From the IMG/VR virus record IMGVR_UViG_3300045146_000225, positions 64,001-120,792 of that record: a stretch of DNA of 56,792 nt. One strand, 5' to 3'. The notes beneath the pieces are model-generated. The model saw nothing but the letters and a program-made list of their open reading frames with translations, made no database searches and was not told the DNA's origin. This DNA is from a virus (taxonomy: Duplodnaviria > Heunggongvirae > Uroviricota > Caudoviricetes). A program made the position numbers and the translations under genes. This document shows positions 26,724 through 36,807 of this stretch, piece after piece (the first letter of the stretch is position 1; each line of letters starts with the position of its first letter).

Positions 26724-28238
26724 ATGGTAATGTTAGCAGAAGCAAGGAAATATCAAGCATTTTACACCAAATCAACTCCAATAGTTGATTATATGGTTCG
26801 TAAACTAAATCTTAAAACAACTGATAAGATTTTTGAACCCTGTGGTGGTGACGGTGTTTTCATTGATGCAATTGTTTCTGACAATGAGTTTGCAAACATA
26901 GACGTTTGCGAATTGAATGAAAGTGCTTTTAAAACGTTGATTAGTAAATTCTCATCTTACCATACAATAAAAGTTAGGCAATGTGATACTTTACTTGACA
27001 ACGATTTAATATTTAATTCAGGTTTTGGAGGAGTTTACGATAAAATAATTGCCAATCCACCATACGGTGCTTGGCAGGAATTAGATAAAAGAGCCGCTCT
27101 AAAAAAAATATACTCTGACCTTTACGTAAAAGAAACATATGCTTTGTTTTTATATCGTTGTATTGAACTGTTAAAAGATGACGGAATTTTAAGTTTTATA
27201 ATTCCTGATACTTTCTTGAACCTTCATATGCACAAGGCTATAAGAAAACATATTCTCACTAAGGCAAGAATATTAGAGCTTGCTTTGTTTCCTTCTTCAT
27301 TTTTCCCTGGTGTTAATTTTGGCTATGCAAATCTTTCTATTATTACACTTCAAAAGACAAAAAATCTTAATGACAATTTGAATAATGAATTTAAAGTTCT
27401 CAATTCATTTAAGACTGTTGAGCAATTGGCAAATATAAACGAGAACGAACTGAAAGTTTTCAGTTTCACTCAAAAAGAAATATTATCTAATCCAGACCAC
27501 GCCTTTTTAATTTCAGACAACACTGATATTGCGTTAGCTATAAATAATTCAAAACTAAAAGTTGGTGATATAGCCAATTGCGTTACTGGCTTTTATTCGG
27601 GCGATGATAAAACATTTTTACAAGTTAATAGTCCAGATTTAAAGAATGGTAAAAACTACGACTTGGTAGAAGTTAATTCTGTAAATAGAAACTACGAAAA
27701 TATTTCCGACATCTTAGACGGAATAGAAGGAGAAAAACACTTTCTGCCTATTGTAAAAGGCGGAAATGTGAAATTCTTGAAACCCGAAGGTTGGTTTATG
27801 AATTGGAGTAAGAAAGCTGTAACTCATTATAAAAGGGACAAAAAATCAAGGTTTCAAAATTCTCAATATTATTTCAAATATGGAATTGGTGTTCCTATGA
27901 TTAGTTCATCAAGTATTACAGCTTCATTAATTGAAAACAAATTATTTGACCAATCAATAGTCGGCATTTTCCCTAAGGACAAAGCGTTAACTTTTTACTT
28001 ACTTGCATTTTTCAATTCACCGACTTGCAATAAATTAATTAGGACGATTAATCCCTCGGTAAATAATCCTGCTAACTATATTAAAAAAATACCTTTTTTT
28101 CAACCAACAGACAAACAATTAAAACACATTGATAAAACAGTTGGTGAAATAATAAACAGCATTAAAAAGACAGGTAGTTATAACGAAGAACTTGAAAAAG
28201 AATTAAACGAAATAATAAAAACAGTTTACGGATTTTAG
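26724..28238 (+). CDS. Gamma-class N6-adenine DNA methyltransferase (TaqI/Eco57I-like) with C-terminal TRD
   Basis: AFYT, FEPCGGDGVF (motif I), IIANPPYG (motif IV), FIIPDTFL. Confidence 0.88.
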   Translation: MVMLAEARKYQAFYTKSTPIVDYMVRKLNLKTTDKIFEPCGGDGVFIDAIVSDNEFANIDVCELNESAFKTLISKFSSYHTIKVRQCDTLLDNDLIFNSGFGGVYDKIIANPPYGAWQELDKRAALKKIYSDLYVKETYALFLYRCIELLKDDGILSFIIPDTFLNLHMHKAIRKHILTKARILELALFPSSFFPGVNFGYANLSIITLQKTKNLNDNLNNEFKVLNSFKTVEQLANINENELKVFSFTQKEILSNPDHAFLISDNTDIALAINNSKLKVGDIANCVTGFYSGDDKTFLQVNSPDLKNGKNYDLVEVNSVNRNYENISDILDGIEGEKHFLPIVKGGNVKFLKPEGWFMNWSKKAVTHYKRDKKSRFQNSQYYFKYGIGVPMISSSSITASLIENKLFDQSIVGIFPKDKALTFYLLAFFNSPTCNKLIRTINPSVNNPANYIKKIPFFQPTDKQLKHIDKTVGEIINSIKKTGSYNEELEKELNEIIKTVYGF

Positions 28239-28318
28239 CCAACGCTTCGTAATCAAGCACATTGGCTGGTCGCACAAAAAGCCAACACACGACCAAAACC
28301 AGCCAAAGAGCTTGCCTA

Positions 28319-28354
28319 CCATTCCCAAAGTTGCATTTACTACTTGAATCTAAG
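28319..28354 (-). mobile_element. Isolated IS30 left end in inverted orientation
   Basis: Reverse complement reads CTTAGATTCAAGTAGTAAATGCAACTTTGGGAATGG, as at the left end of the other copies; the backbone resumes right after. Confidence 0.8.
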
Positions 28355-28394
28355 CTGTCTCACACCATTACAGTTTAAAGTTTCCTCATAAGTA

Positions 28395-29045
28395 TCACTC
28401 GTTGTATCCCCACTCGTGTATGCTATTGCCATCGGTGTATAATTTGTCGGCTGTCGTTTTCTTAGAAAGAATTTTGAACATACCGTTTAGTACATGTACA
28501 CCGTGTGACACAGCATAGTCTTTAGTTAAAGTAACCCAATCTCCATTGTTGATCGTGTCGATCTCTTTTAAATTGGAGTTTTTTAATTCCTCTATGTTGT
28601 TCTTAATGATGTCATATGTTTTCTGTCCTACCTCTTCGTAGTTCATACCGCTGTCTAGCAACGAATACAAGATACTCCTTGATATTTTGTCTTTCATAGG
28701 GAAGGAGCCGAACTTGTCGTAGTACAATAGTATCTTTTTAAGCTCGTTTATCTTCTTCTTGTTTTCAATGTTCTGTTTTGGTACCGGTACAGCCCTGTAC
28801 ATTGTGACGTTAAACTTTGGGTTGTTGCGTGCTGCTCTGATTATGTACAACGCTTGATCATCGCTGTAATCGTTGCTATGGTCTCCGTAATATGATGCAG
28901 CTTTACTAGAGTAAATATCTTCTTGATATGCCCCCGATAAATTGTATAACGGTGCGGTGTTTTCTTTCCCAGGTGCGGTGTGTCCTGTTTGATAAGATTC
29001 TTGTTCTAATATCATCTCGAACAAGTTATCGTTGAGTAATTCCAT
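28395..29045 (-). CDS. Hypothetical protein, possible ADP-ribosyltransferase-like fold
   Basis: MYRAVP...GDWVTLTKDYAVSHG...NSIHEWGY resembles the R / S-T-S / E arrangement of ART domains. Confidence 0.55.
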   Translation of the reverse strand: MELLNDNLFEMILEQESYQTGHTAPGKENTAPLYNLSGAYQEDIYSSKAASYYGDHSNDYSDDQALYIIRAARNNPKFNVTMYRAVPVPKQNIENKKKINELKKILLYYDKFGSFPMKDKISRSILYSLLDSGMNYEEVGQKTYDIIKNNIEELKNSNLKEIDTINNGDWVTLTKDYAVSHGVHVLNGMFKILSKKTTADKLYTDGNSIHEWGYNE

Positions 29046-29047
29046 GT

Positions 29048-29293
29048 CTAGTTAAATCTTTTGTCGTTTTTATCCCTCGATATACCGTAAAAACCACGGA
29101 TTGTTTTTATGTTCTCGAACCCGTTGTATATTATGTTGTCTAGTTTGACCAGGTAATCGTGTAATAGCTCGTTGCTCGTGAACATCTTGGACGACATTGT
29201 TTTCTTCAATATCTTGCCCTTGTAATCGAACCCCCTGTGCTTGTTGGTGTTGTTTGATTCAAGCGGCTTCCTGAACACGCTATCGGGGTGCAT
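29048..29293 (-). CDS. Small hypothetical protein
   Basis: 81-aa ORF packed between two minus-strand genes. Confidence 0.5.
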   Translation of the reverse strand: MHPDSVFRKPLESNNTNKHRGFDYKGKILKKTMSSKMFTSNELLHDYLVKLDNIIYNGFENIKTIRGFYGISRDKNDKRFN

Positions 29294-30075
29294 TACTTAG
29301 CATATTTTTTTATGATGCTCGGGTCGTTCATGAACAGCAGCTTTATACCGAAGTGTATGTCGTCACTCTTTATATCCTCGATGTCTTTAAGGCTGAACCA
29401 CTTGCTTTCGGTGTGTTCACTGTTGAGCATAGGTTCGAACTCGTTCTCGAAAAGACCGATGAAGTTGTAGAACTTGAACGTGCCGTTGGGGGTGGCGTAC
29501 ACGTAAGTCGGTACTATGCTGTAATAGTCCTTGAACGCTGTTTCCTCGCAGAACTCGCGCTTGGCTATCTCCATCACGTCTTCCTCCGATTCGCCGTACT
29601 TCTCCTCTAGTTTACCGCCGAAACCAGCCCACACGTTCGGTTGGCTTATGTTGCCGGCACGTTTTGCCATCAGTATCCTCCCCGTGTTCTTGCATATCGG
29701 TAACACGCCAGCACCTATCTCTATCTTGTCCCTCTGCGTGTTTATGTAGTTGACGTAAGTGCTGAAATATACGGCACTATCGAGTGATTCCCGTATCGTC
29801 TTCTTCTTCTTGTTGATGATATCCGTGTAGTATTTCGGGTTCTCCCTCAAGTTGCCTATGACGAGCTTCAATGTAGGTTGTGGTTGGTCGCCGGTAACGT
29901 TCACGTCGTTGCCGTGCTTGGAGCCGTGTTTAGTTTCGACGCGCATACCAAGTATGACGTTCTTGTAGTCGTACTTGGATAGATTTATGCCTATGTCGTT
30001 TGCGGCACGTATTATGTCCTCACGCGTGAACTTGCCAACCATCTTCTTCTCCAGTATGTAATCTACGAAATCCAT
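29293..30075 (-). CDS. NUDIX hydrolase fused to a small N-terminal phage domain
   Basis: Nudix box-like FGGKLEE..GES....IAKREFCEET and LNSEHTESKWF; N-terminal GMRVETKH..LRENPKYYT resembles DUF5661. Confidence 0.8.
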   Translation of the reverse strand: MDFVDYILEKKMVGKFTREDIIRAANDIGINLSKYDYKNVILGMRVETKHGSKHGNDVNVTGDQPQPTLKLVIGNLRENPKYYTDIINKKKKTIRESLDSAVYFSTYVNYINTQRDKIEIGAGVLPICKNTGRILMAKRAGNISQPNVWAGFGGKLEEKYGESEEDVMEIAKREFCEETAFKDYYSIVPTYVYATPNGTFKFYNFIGLFENEFEPMLNSEHTESKWFSLKDIEDIKSDDIHFGIKLLFMNDPSIIKKYAK

Positions 30076-30080
30076 CTCGC

Positions 30081-31703
30081 TTATTTTTTTATTATAATGT
30101 TCACGGCACCTATACCACCGTCTGTCCTGTACGTCGTGTCGTAGTGGTTGCCGTACCTGTCGCCCCAGCCACCGCGTATAACGGCGAGTTCGTTTTTCGA
30201 TATTATGATGTCGTTCATGTCGTCAACGCCAATGTCGGGGTTGTTTATGTTCTTCTTCTTGGATATCTCGTTCTTTTCAGATACCACCCTGACGTTCACA
30301 GAATCTACACCTTCCACGTCTTCCAGTATCCTGATGATGTCGCTCCTTGGTATCCTGTCCTGCCTCGACGTGGTGAGGAAGTAATTGCTTATGGCAGATA
30401 TGGCATCCTTGCGTATGTTGTTGTCGTCGTGATCGCCTATCTTTATGATGGTGATGTTCAGTATGTATTTACTTATTATCGGGTCTATCGCCTTTATATC
30501 AGACGATATTGTCTTTGTACCCATCTTCTCCATGTAGCGCAGCAGCTCGTTCTTCTTCTTCTCCGACATCGTGAACTTGTCGAGCGGTATGCTGAAGTAA
30601 TCCATGTTGCCGCTTATGAGGACGTTGATGTCGGGTATCAGGAACATGTTGAACACCCTGTCGTTGGTTGAATCCCTGAAGACACGCACCATGGAGAACA
30701 CCTGCATCCTTCTCAGCAGAAGTTCGTAATCGGTTTCGGTCATCAACCTGTCGTTCGATTTAGATAGCATCAACCTCGTCAACTCTATCGGTTCAGGGTT
30801 CGACCCGAAGTTCGGTATTACAACCGTCGTTATGTCGAACACCTCGTTTAGGTCAACCTCGTTCCCGACTGCATCGTATCCAGTTTCCGAGAACTCCCAC
30901 TGCACGTCGTCGGGATTAGACGAGTTGACGTTGCCGGAATAGCCGTCCGTGACAAGGTACTCGACCTTCACTTCAGCACCTAGCTGCGGGTAGCTACCGA
31001 ACTTGCCGTTACCGAAGAATATGTCTATACCTGACGTTATCCCCGATTTAACCATGCAACCGGGTGAACCAGCCGGCACTTTGAGCAGGTTATCGTACAG
31101 CGGTTGTATCACGTTGTTGACGTACACCTTCACCCACTTGTTATCTATGTGGTAGTTCTTGGGGAAGTTCACGGCGTAGCTCGCGTAAGGTGTGCCGTAG
31201 CCCTTGTCAAGTATCTGGTCTTCGACGTAACCCTGTGTCACGTTTATGTTCGTGTTGGATGAACTCGACACGTCTAGTTTTATATCGTCCCTCGTGAGTT
31301 CCACTATGAATGAAGCGTTGTTGTTTATGCACTTAAGCCTGGTGTAATTGGGGATGTTGACCACGTTGCCGACTATCTCGGCGGTTACTGATGGTTTAAC
31401 CCTCAGAGATACCTGCCCCATTGCGGCGACAGCCCTCGATGGCCTGTACCCGGCGAGGTCGGCTAGACCGTACACGGATGAATCACGGGACGCTTCCCTT
31501 GCCGATAGCTCGGTTATAGAATCCTCTATGTAGTAGTTGTTTAACTGCTGTATGTTCTCCTGTACGAAAAGGGTCTGCCCGTAGGGGGATGATATCGTGA
31601 ACAACTTGTTCGACTGCGCGAACTTGTCGGTAAGGAACGTGATCGTGTCCCTTAGCAACTCGTTTGTGCGTATCCTGTTAAGAGAGAATATGTTGAGTTT
31701 CAA
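30081..31703 (-). CDS. Baseplate wedge protein (T4 gp6 / baseplate J-like)
   Basis: SVYGLADLAGYRP, IDIFFGNGKFG, VKVEYLVTDGYSGN, GSNPEPIEL, TETDYE pattern of myovirus wedge proteins. Confidence 0.78.
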   Translation of the reverse strand: MKLNIFSLNRIRTNELLRDTITFLTDKFAQSNKLFTISSPYGQTLFVQENIQQLNNYYIEDSITELSAREASRDSSVYGLADLAGYRPSRAVAAMGQVSLRVKPSVTAEIVGNVVNIPNYTRLKCINNNASFIVELTRDDIKLDVSSSSNTNINVTQGYVEDQILDKGYGTPYASYAVNFPKNYHIDNKWVKVYVNNVIQPLYDNLLKVPAGSPGCMVKSGITSGIDIFFGNGKFGSYPQLGAEVKVEYLVTDGYSGNVNSSNPDDVQWEFSETGYDAVGNEVDLNEVFDITTVVIPNFGSNPEPIELTRLMLSKSNDRLMTETDYELLLRRMQVFSMVRVFRDSTNDRVFNMFLIPDINVLISGNMDYFSIPLDKFTMSEKKKNELLRYMEKMGTKTISSDIKAIDPIISKYILNITIIKIGDHDDNNIRKDAISAISNYFLTTSRQDRIPRSDIIRILEDVEGVDSVNVRVVSEKNEISKKKNINNPDIGVDDMNDIIISKNELAVIRGGWGDRYGNHYDTTYRTDGGIGAVNIIIKK

Positions 31704-31737
31704 GTTAACGAGTGTTTACATTATTTATTTAAAAAAT

Positions 31738-32043
31738 AATGTATGTATTGGATGCTTGTTTATTAAAAATTGTTATATTTGCGGTGATCGTACATTTACT
31801 GGTCGTGTTTACATTGATGATAAGAACTTTGAGAAAATAGGTAGTTGCCAATATGTTAGACTGCCATTCAAACCCAATACATTTTATGTTGATGTCGTCG
31901 ATGTTCTTATTTCAAAAGAAGATGCTGAACAAAGGGGAATAGATTACTATGAAGGTGATGATGGTGTGTGTTATTACACTGTTTTGAAAGACCCGGCGCA
32001 ATTGGATGAGGTTTTCAAATATTACGATAGGTTTTATGTTTAA
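31738..32043 (+). pseudogene. Probable 5'-truncated phage gene remnant
   Basis: Frame of tracked ORF 31597..32043 gives a protein-like tail (YVRLPFKPNTFYVDV...LDEVFKYYD) but no in-frame ATG outside the opposite-strand baseplate gene. Confidence 0.3.
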
Positions 32044-32054
32044 TTTGTTTGGTT

Positions 32055-32456
32055 ATGAAATGTAAAAAAAATAAGGTGGAGGTAGGTGATACTGTTTATA
32101 TGGTCGATTCCAAAAATGACGTTATAAATCCGTACACCGTGTCTAATGTGCAAAAAAACATTGCCGAACTTTCTAACTCCCCTATTATAATTAAATCTAT
32201 ACCGAATGGTGATGGTGTTCTGCATATAGTTAATGCAGACGAATTGGATGGATTTTATAAAGATATTAAACGGTGTTACTTTGTGTTTGAAGATATGGAA
32301 GTCTTGGGCAAGATTATGAAGCGCAATATTATACGTAGGATAACATGGTATTATAATCTGGAGAATATTTCCGTCGAACATCTTGTCGAGATAGATGTTC
32401 TAATGTGTAAATACATGGATGAAGCTAAACATGATGCTAAAAATATAGTATATTAG
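32055..32456 (+). CDS. Hypothetical protein
   Basis: ATG 32055 in frame with tracked ORF 32049..32456. Confidence 0.6.
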   Translation: MKCKKNKVEVGDTVYMVDSKNDVINPYTVSNVQKNIAELSNSPIIIKSIPNGDGVLHIVNADELDGFYKDIKRCYFVFEDMEVLGKIMKRNIIRRITWYYNLENISVEHLVEIDVLMCKYMDEAKHDAKNIVY

Positions 32457-32477
32457 CACTATCATAAAAAATTTAAA

Positions 32478-35042
32478 ATGGGTAAGATAAAGAGTCTTAA
32501 ATTCAAAAACATCAGGAGTTACGGGAACACTATGTCGGAGCTACCGTTCGACGGTGATAGTGGTCTCGTGCTTATAACAGGCGAGAACGGTCACGGCAAG
32601 ACATCAATAGAAGAGGCTCTTGAGTTCTCGATATACGGTAAGTCAACGCGTGTAGCGACTAAGGACCTAGCCAACTGGTTCAATGATAACGGTTATACGG
32701 AGGTGGAGTTCGATACAAGCGACGGTAGGTCTGTTAAGGTTTGTCGTGGTATAGCACCAGAGTTCTACGATCTGGAAGTTATGTCAGGTGACGGTTCTAA
32801 AATACGCGAGAACAAGAAGGAGAACAAGGCTAACAAGGTAAAGGTAGACCAGATGGTCGAGGACGAGCTGTTCGGCATCCCGCACGAGGTTTTCTCTAAC
32901 AACATACTTCTGTCGATACATGATTTCAAGTCGTTCATAAAGATGAAGTCTGCCGACAAGCGCAAGATTATAGACAAGATATTCCAGACCGACGTTTTCA
33001 ACGACATGAACGAGTTGTTGAAGAAGGATTTGAAGGAATACAGAGACAAGCTGATGGTTCAGGATTCTCTATACAATTCTAAGAAATCCAGTTTAGATTC
33101 GATTATAGCCCGTATAAACGAGTTAAAATCAACGATAGATGATGGTATCGACAACAAGATAGATTCGCTTAAAAACGACCTCCTTTCGCTATCTCAGGGG
33201 TTAATAAACAAGGATGCCGAGTACACATCAATAACGACACAGCTTGCATCTTTGAACAAAGAACTAACCGAGTACTTGTCAAAGGTCTCTGGTGTCGAGT
33301 CGATGGTCATGACAGAGTACAACACGCTCGTCTCTAATATAACCTATAGTGACAAGGCGACAAGGAATTCGGTTGTATCCAGCATGGTGGGTAAGCGTGA
33401 TGCCGGCGTCAAGGAATTGAACGATACATTATCCGCTTATATAGCTAGTCTTGGTGATGTGATGTCTGGTGTGAAGCAAACCGTTTCGGTACTGCAATCA
33501 GAGATAGATGTTTTGACCGCATCAATCAACACGGAAAAGGCAAACCACGACAAGATGCTTAACTATAGCCTAGAGTCGTTGAAAGCAACCCACGATTCAA
33601 ACATGAAATTGTTGCACGATAAGTACAAGTTGGACTTGGGTGTTATAAATGACAAGATATTGTCGAACTCGTTAGAGGTAAATAGGCTGAATGCCGAAAT
33701 GAAGGTAGGGTCGGACGAGTACATAAGCGTGTCATCGGCTTTATCTGTTTTGAAGAACAAGCTGTCGCTGTACGATAACGATAAGTGCGTGTCGTGTGGT
33801 GTCGATTTGAAGCACACCGAGTTCCACGTCAAGGAACACGAGAAACTCGTAAATGATGTAGCGTCTACCGAGTCGAAGCTCGCGTATATAACCAGCACGT
33901 GTAATGCTTTATCCGAGAGTTTAAAGACTTTCAACGTCAACGCCATGTCCTTGTCTAACGAGTTGCGTGATCTGGATACCAAGTGTAACAACGATTCTAA
34001 CACATTGTTGATAATATACAACGGTGACGTTTCTTCTGAACGCAACAGGGTGGGGACACTTCTCAACAACAGGGTTAACGAGATTAACAACGAGATATCG
34101 CGGCGAAAAACTGACATAATCGCCGCAGAAAGCGCGGCTAAAACGAGGTACGATGGTCTCGTCAACACGGAGAGGGAGAAATGCACGTCTGGTATCAACA
34201 AGCTGTATTCCGACCACGATGCTTTCTTGTCAGGTTACAACGCCTCGTGTGATGCCGAGTTAAATAATAAGCTATCCGCTGCTAGATCCGACATGGATGC
34301 CAAGATGGCGGCTATCAATGCTAAATCAGAATCGAAGATAACATCGTTGAATACCTCTATAGAGTACTCCGGTAGCATGTTGCAGGTTGTCGAGTCTGGT
34401 AGGAAGGTGATACGTGATTCCATAAACGAGTGTAACGTGAAGATAGCGGAGTTGTCCAACGGTGATATCCTGAAATCAATAAGCGAGCTTGAATCAATGG
34501 CAAACGTGTACGAGTCGGAGATAAGCGTGTTGTACGCGGATAAGCTAGTTCTCGAAGGACAAGTCAAGAAGTGCGAGGACACGCAGTTCCTCATAGGTGA
34601 GAACGGGTTGAAGCGTTTGATAATGAACAAGGTCATACCTTCTTTCAACGCCACCATACAGCAGATAACGTCTATGTTCGACTTCAAGTACAGGTTCATG
34701 TTCGACAACAACTTCGATGTCGAGCTGTACTATTGCGGCAGGCAGATACCGATAACAGTGTCGAGGGGCGAGGGTAGTATCATGGACATAATCGTCATAC
34801 TTGCGACATTGCAGATAATACTCATGAAGCACCAGAACATAAACGTCCTTTTCCTAGACGAGATATTCAGCAACTTGGACGTTAACAACATAGCGAAAGC
34901 CGTGGCTATCTTGAAGGAATACTCGAGGAAGTACAACCTCACCATATTCGTCATGTCGCACACGCAGGTACCGTACGAGCTTTTCGACAAGATAATAGAT
35001 GTGAAAAACGATGGTAATTTTTCAACGCTTTGTGTTAGGTGA
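32478..35042 (+). CDS. Rad50/SbcC/T4 gp46-like ABC ATPase
   Basis: Walker A GENGHGKT, coiled coils with CVSC zinc hook, signature variant VSRGE, Walker B FLDEIF, H-loop MSH. Confidence 0.92.
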   Translation: MGKIKSLKFKNIRSYGNTMSELPFDGDSGLVLITGENGHGKTSIEEALEFSIYGKSTRVATKDLANWFNDNGYTEVEFDTSDGRSVKVCRGIAPEFYDLEVMSGDGSKIRENKKENKANKVKVDQMVEDELFGIPHEVFSNNILLSIHDFKSFIKMKSADKRKIIDKIFQTDVFNDMNELLKKDLKEYRDKLMVQDSLYNSKKSSLDSIIARINELKSTIDDGIDNKIDSLKNDLLSLSQGLINKDAEYTSITTQLASLNKELTEYLSKVSGVESMVMTEYNTLVSNITYSDKATRNSVVSSMVGKRDAGVKELNDTLSAYIASLGDVMSGVKQTVSVLQSEIDVLTASINTEKANHDKMLNYSLESLKATHDSNMKLLHDKYKLDLGVINDKILSNSLEVNRLNAEMKVGSDEYISVSSALSVLKNKLSLYDNDKCVSCGVDLKHTEFHVKEHEKLVNDVASTESKLAYITSTCNALSESLKTFNVNAMSLSNELRDLDTKCNNDSNTLLIIYNGDVSSERNRVGTLLNNRVNEINNEISRRKTDIIAAESAAKTRYDGLVNTEREKCTSGINKLYSDHDAFLSGYNASCDAELNNKLSAARSDMDAKMAAINAKSESKITSLNTSIEYSGSMLQVVESGRKVIRDSINECNVKIAELSNGDILKSISELESMANVYESEISVLYADKLVLEGQVKKCEDTQFLIGENGLKRLIMNKVIPSFNATIQQITSMFDFKYRFMFDNNFDVELYYCGRQIPITVSRGEGSIMDIIVILATLQIILMKHQNINVLFLDEIFSNLDVNNIAKAVAILKEYSRKYNLTIFVMSHTQVPYELFDKIIDVKNDGNFSTLCVR

Positions 35043-35105
35043 GATGGTAAACCGCCGTTAAGGTTCCCGGCATTTAAAACAGTAATTAGTTAAATATTTT
35101 TATAT

Positions 35106-35339
35106 ATGGGTGAAGTTTTTAACCACGTTAACAGGAGTGAGCGCAGGAAGTACAGCGACAGGAAGTCGATGAAGGGTCTATCTTTGAGCAAGCGTGCCGA
35201 GATAACAAGCAAGAACATAGAACAGGGGTTGAAACGGCACATGTTGTTCTGCGAGGAGGTGAAGCTGATTCAAGATGAATCGCGATCATCAAAGATGGAT
35301 GGTGGGTCGCTGGCGGATGCAGGTGGCGATGTGATATAG
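35106..35339 (+). CDS. Small hypothetical protein
   Basis: 77-aa ORF, backbone codon style. Confidence 0.55.
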   Translation: MGEVFNHVNRSERRKYSDRKSMKGLSLSKRAEITSKNIEQGLKRHMLFCEEVKLIQDESRSSKMDGGSLADAGGDVI

Positions 35340-35364
35340 TGGTTTAATTAAATATAGTAATATC

Positions 35365-36756
35365 ATGGTTGATTTAAATTTCAAGTTAAAATCTATGGTG
35401 TTGACCATCGGTCCATCTCATTGTGGTAAAACGTATTTCTGCAAGAATGTGTTGCTACCTTCATTGAAGAGTGACCCTTCGCTCAACGTCCAGTACATTT
35501 CATCCGACGATACACGAAGGGAACTCCTAGGTGTTGACTTGTCAAATATGGATAAGAAGATGATGTACGTGTCTGAACCGGCTTTCAGGTTCATGGAATA
35601 CAAGGTCGCATCTATGATGAAGTTCCCTGTAATGGCTGACTTCATCGTTGTTGATGCGACATTGTTGGATGAGAAGACACGTGATGCTTTCATCAGCGTG
35701 GCGCGTGATAACTGCTACAACGTGTACGCCATAAAGTTCGATTACGATAGCAGGGATGAGTACATGTCCTTCGTCCCGGATTCAAAAGAGATTGTTCGTG
35801 TCGTTAATAACCACGTGACTAAGTTCAAGAAGGAACTGAGGTCTATATCTAGGATAAGCAAGCACGGTGTCCTGTACAGGATTAAATCGCGTGACTTGTC
35901 CGGTGTTAGTGTTTCTATCGACCCGTGTGATGTTAAGAAGCGAGACGAGACCACGTTGCCAGATGATGATGTCGTCGTTATATCAGACATACACGGGTGC
36001 TACGATTCATTGGTAGAGTTGTTGTACAAGTGCGGGTTCGGTATATCGGGTGGTAAGATAGTTGATAATTCAGGTTACAAGAGGACGCTCGTCATAAATG
36101 GTGATTTCATAGACAAGGGGGATAAGGTACTTGATGTCGTTGGGTTGTTGTACGACAACATCGGTAACGACATCGTCAAGGTCATCAAGGGGAACCACGA
36201 GAATTTCGTGTACAAGTACCTTAAAGGTGAAATAGACGAGTCTGGTGATATGCTTGATTACTTCGATTCTATAAACATGTACAAGGATGCAGGTTGTGGT
36301 GAAATCGGTAAGTTCTTCTCCGTTATAGAATCGTGTGTTGATTTCTGTCACAATAACTTCGTGTACGTTACGCATGCACCTTGTCGGAACAAGCATGTTG
36401 GTAAGTTCGACATCAAGTCGATACGGGGCATGAGGTCGTTCTCTTACAATATAGATGGTAGTGTTGAGGATAAGGACAAGCACCTAGAGGGTATGCTGTC
36501 GTTCATCGTTGATGAATCTGTTTGCAGGCAGCCGTACCATTGCTTCGGGCATATAGCCGTGAGCAACCCACGTGCTTTGGGGAACAAGGTGTTCCTCGAT
36601 GGTGGTGCAGTGTACGGCGGTAAGCTTGTGGCCGCCACGTTCACGCCTGATATGCGTGTCAAGTTCGCCAGCGTGCGCTGTGATGTTAAGCGAGAAGGTA
36701 GGTTGTACGATTTGTTCGGGGTTGATAACTGCATGTTAAATAATATACATTATTAG
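35365..36756 (+). CDS. pnkP: Pnkp N-terminal part: polynucleotide kinase + metallophosphatase; truncated by IS607 insertion
   Basis: P-loop GPSHCGKT, ISSDDTR, VVDAT; SDIHG, GDFIDKG, GNHE, FGH, DGGAVYGG; last residues (NCMLNNIHY) come from AT-rich element sequence. Confidence 0.85.
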   Translation: MVDLNFKLKSMVLTIGPSHCGKTYFCKNVLLPSLKSDPSLNVQYISSDDTRRELLGVDLSNMDKKMMYVSEPAFRFMEYKVASMMKFPVMADFIVVDATLLDEKTRDAFISVARDNCYNVYAIKFDYDSRDEYMSFVPDSKEIVRVVNNHVTKFKKELRSISRISKHGVLYRIKSRDLSGVSVSIDPCDVKKRDETTLPDDDVVVISDIHGCYDSLVELLYKCGFGISGGKIVDNSGYKRTLVINGDFIDKGDKVLDVVGLLYDNIGNDIVKVIKGNHENFVYKYLKGEIDESGDMLDYFDSINMYKDAGCGEIGKFFSVIESCVDFCHNNFVYVTHAPCRNKHVGKFDIKSIRGMRSFSYNIDGSVEDKDKHLEGMLSFIVDESVCRQPYHCFGHIAVSNPRALGNKVFLDGGAVYGGKLVAATFTPDMRVKFASVRCDVKREGRLYDLFGVDNCMLNNIHY

Positions 36757-36807
36757 AAGAAATTGGAAAAAATTACCAACTTTTATAAACTAATAGGAAA
36801 GCAGGAA

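Noticed and set aside
28239-28318. Hairpin TTGGCTGGT...ACCAGCCAA after the last MTase as a twelfth attC site
   Set aside because: It has no AAC/GTT boundaries in the correct geometry and is cut by the IS end; it may be a terminator or cassette-spacer remnant.
13929-28364. Target-site duplication flanking the putative composite transposon
   Set aside because: The flanks (..TTTAAT | CTGTCT..) share no obvious 2-3-bp duplication.
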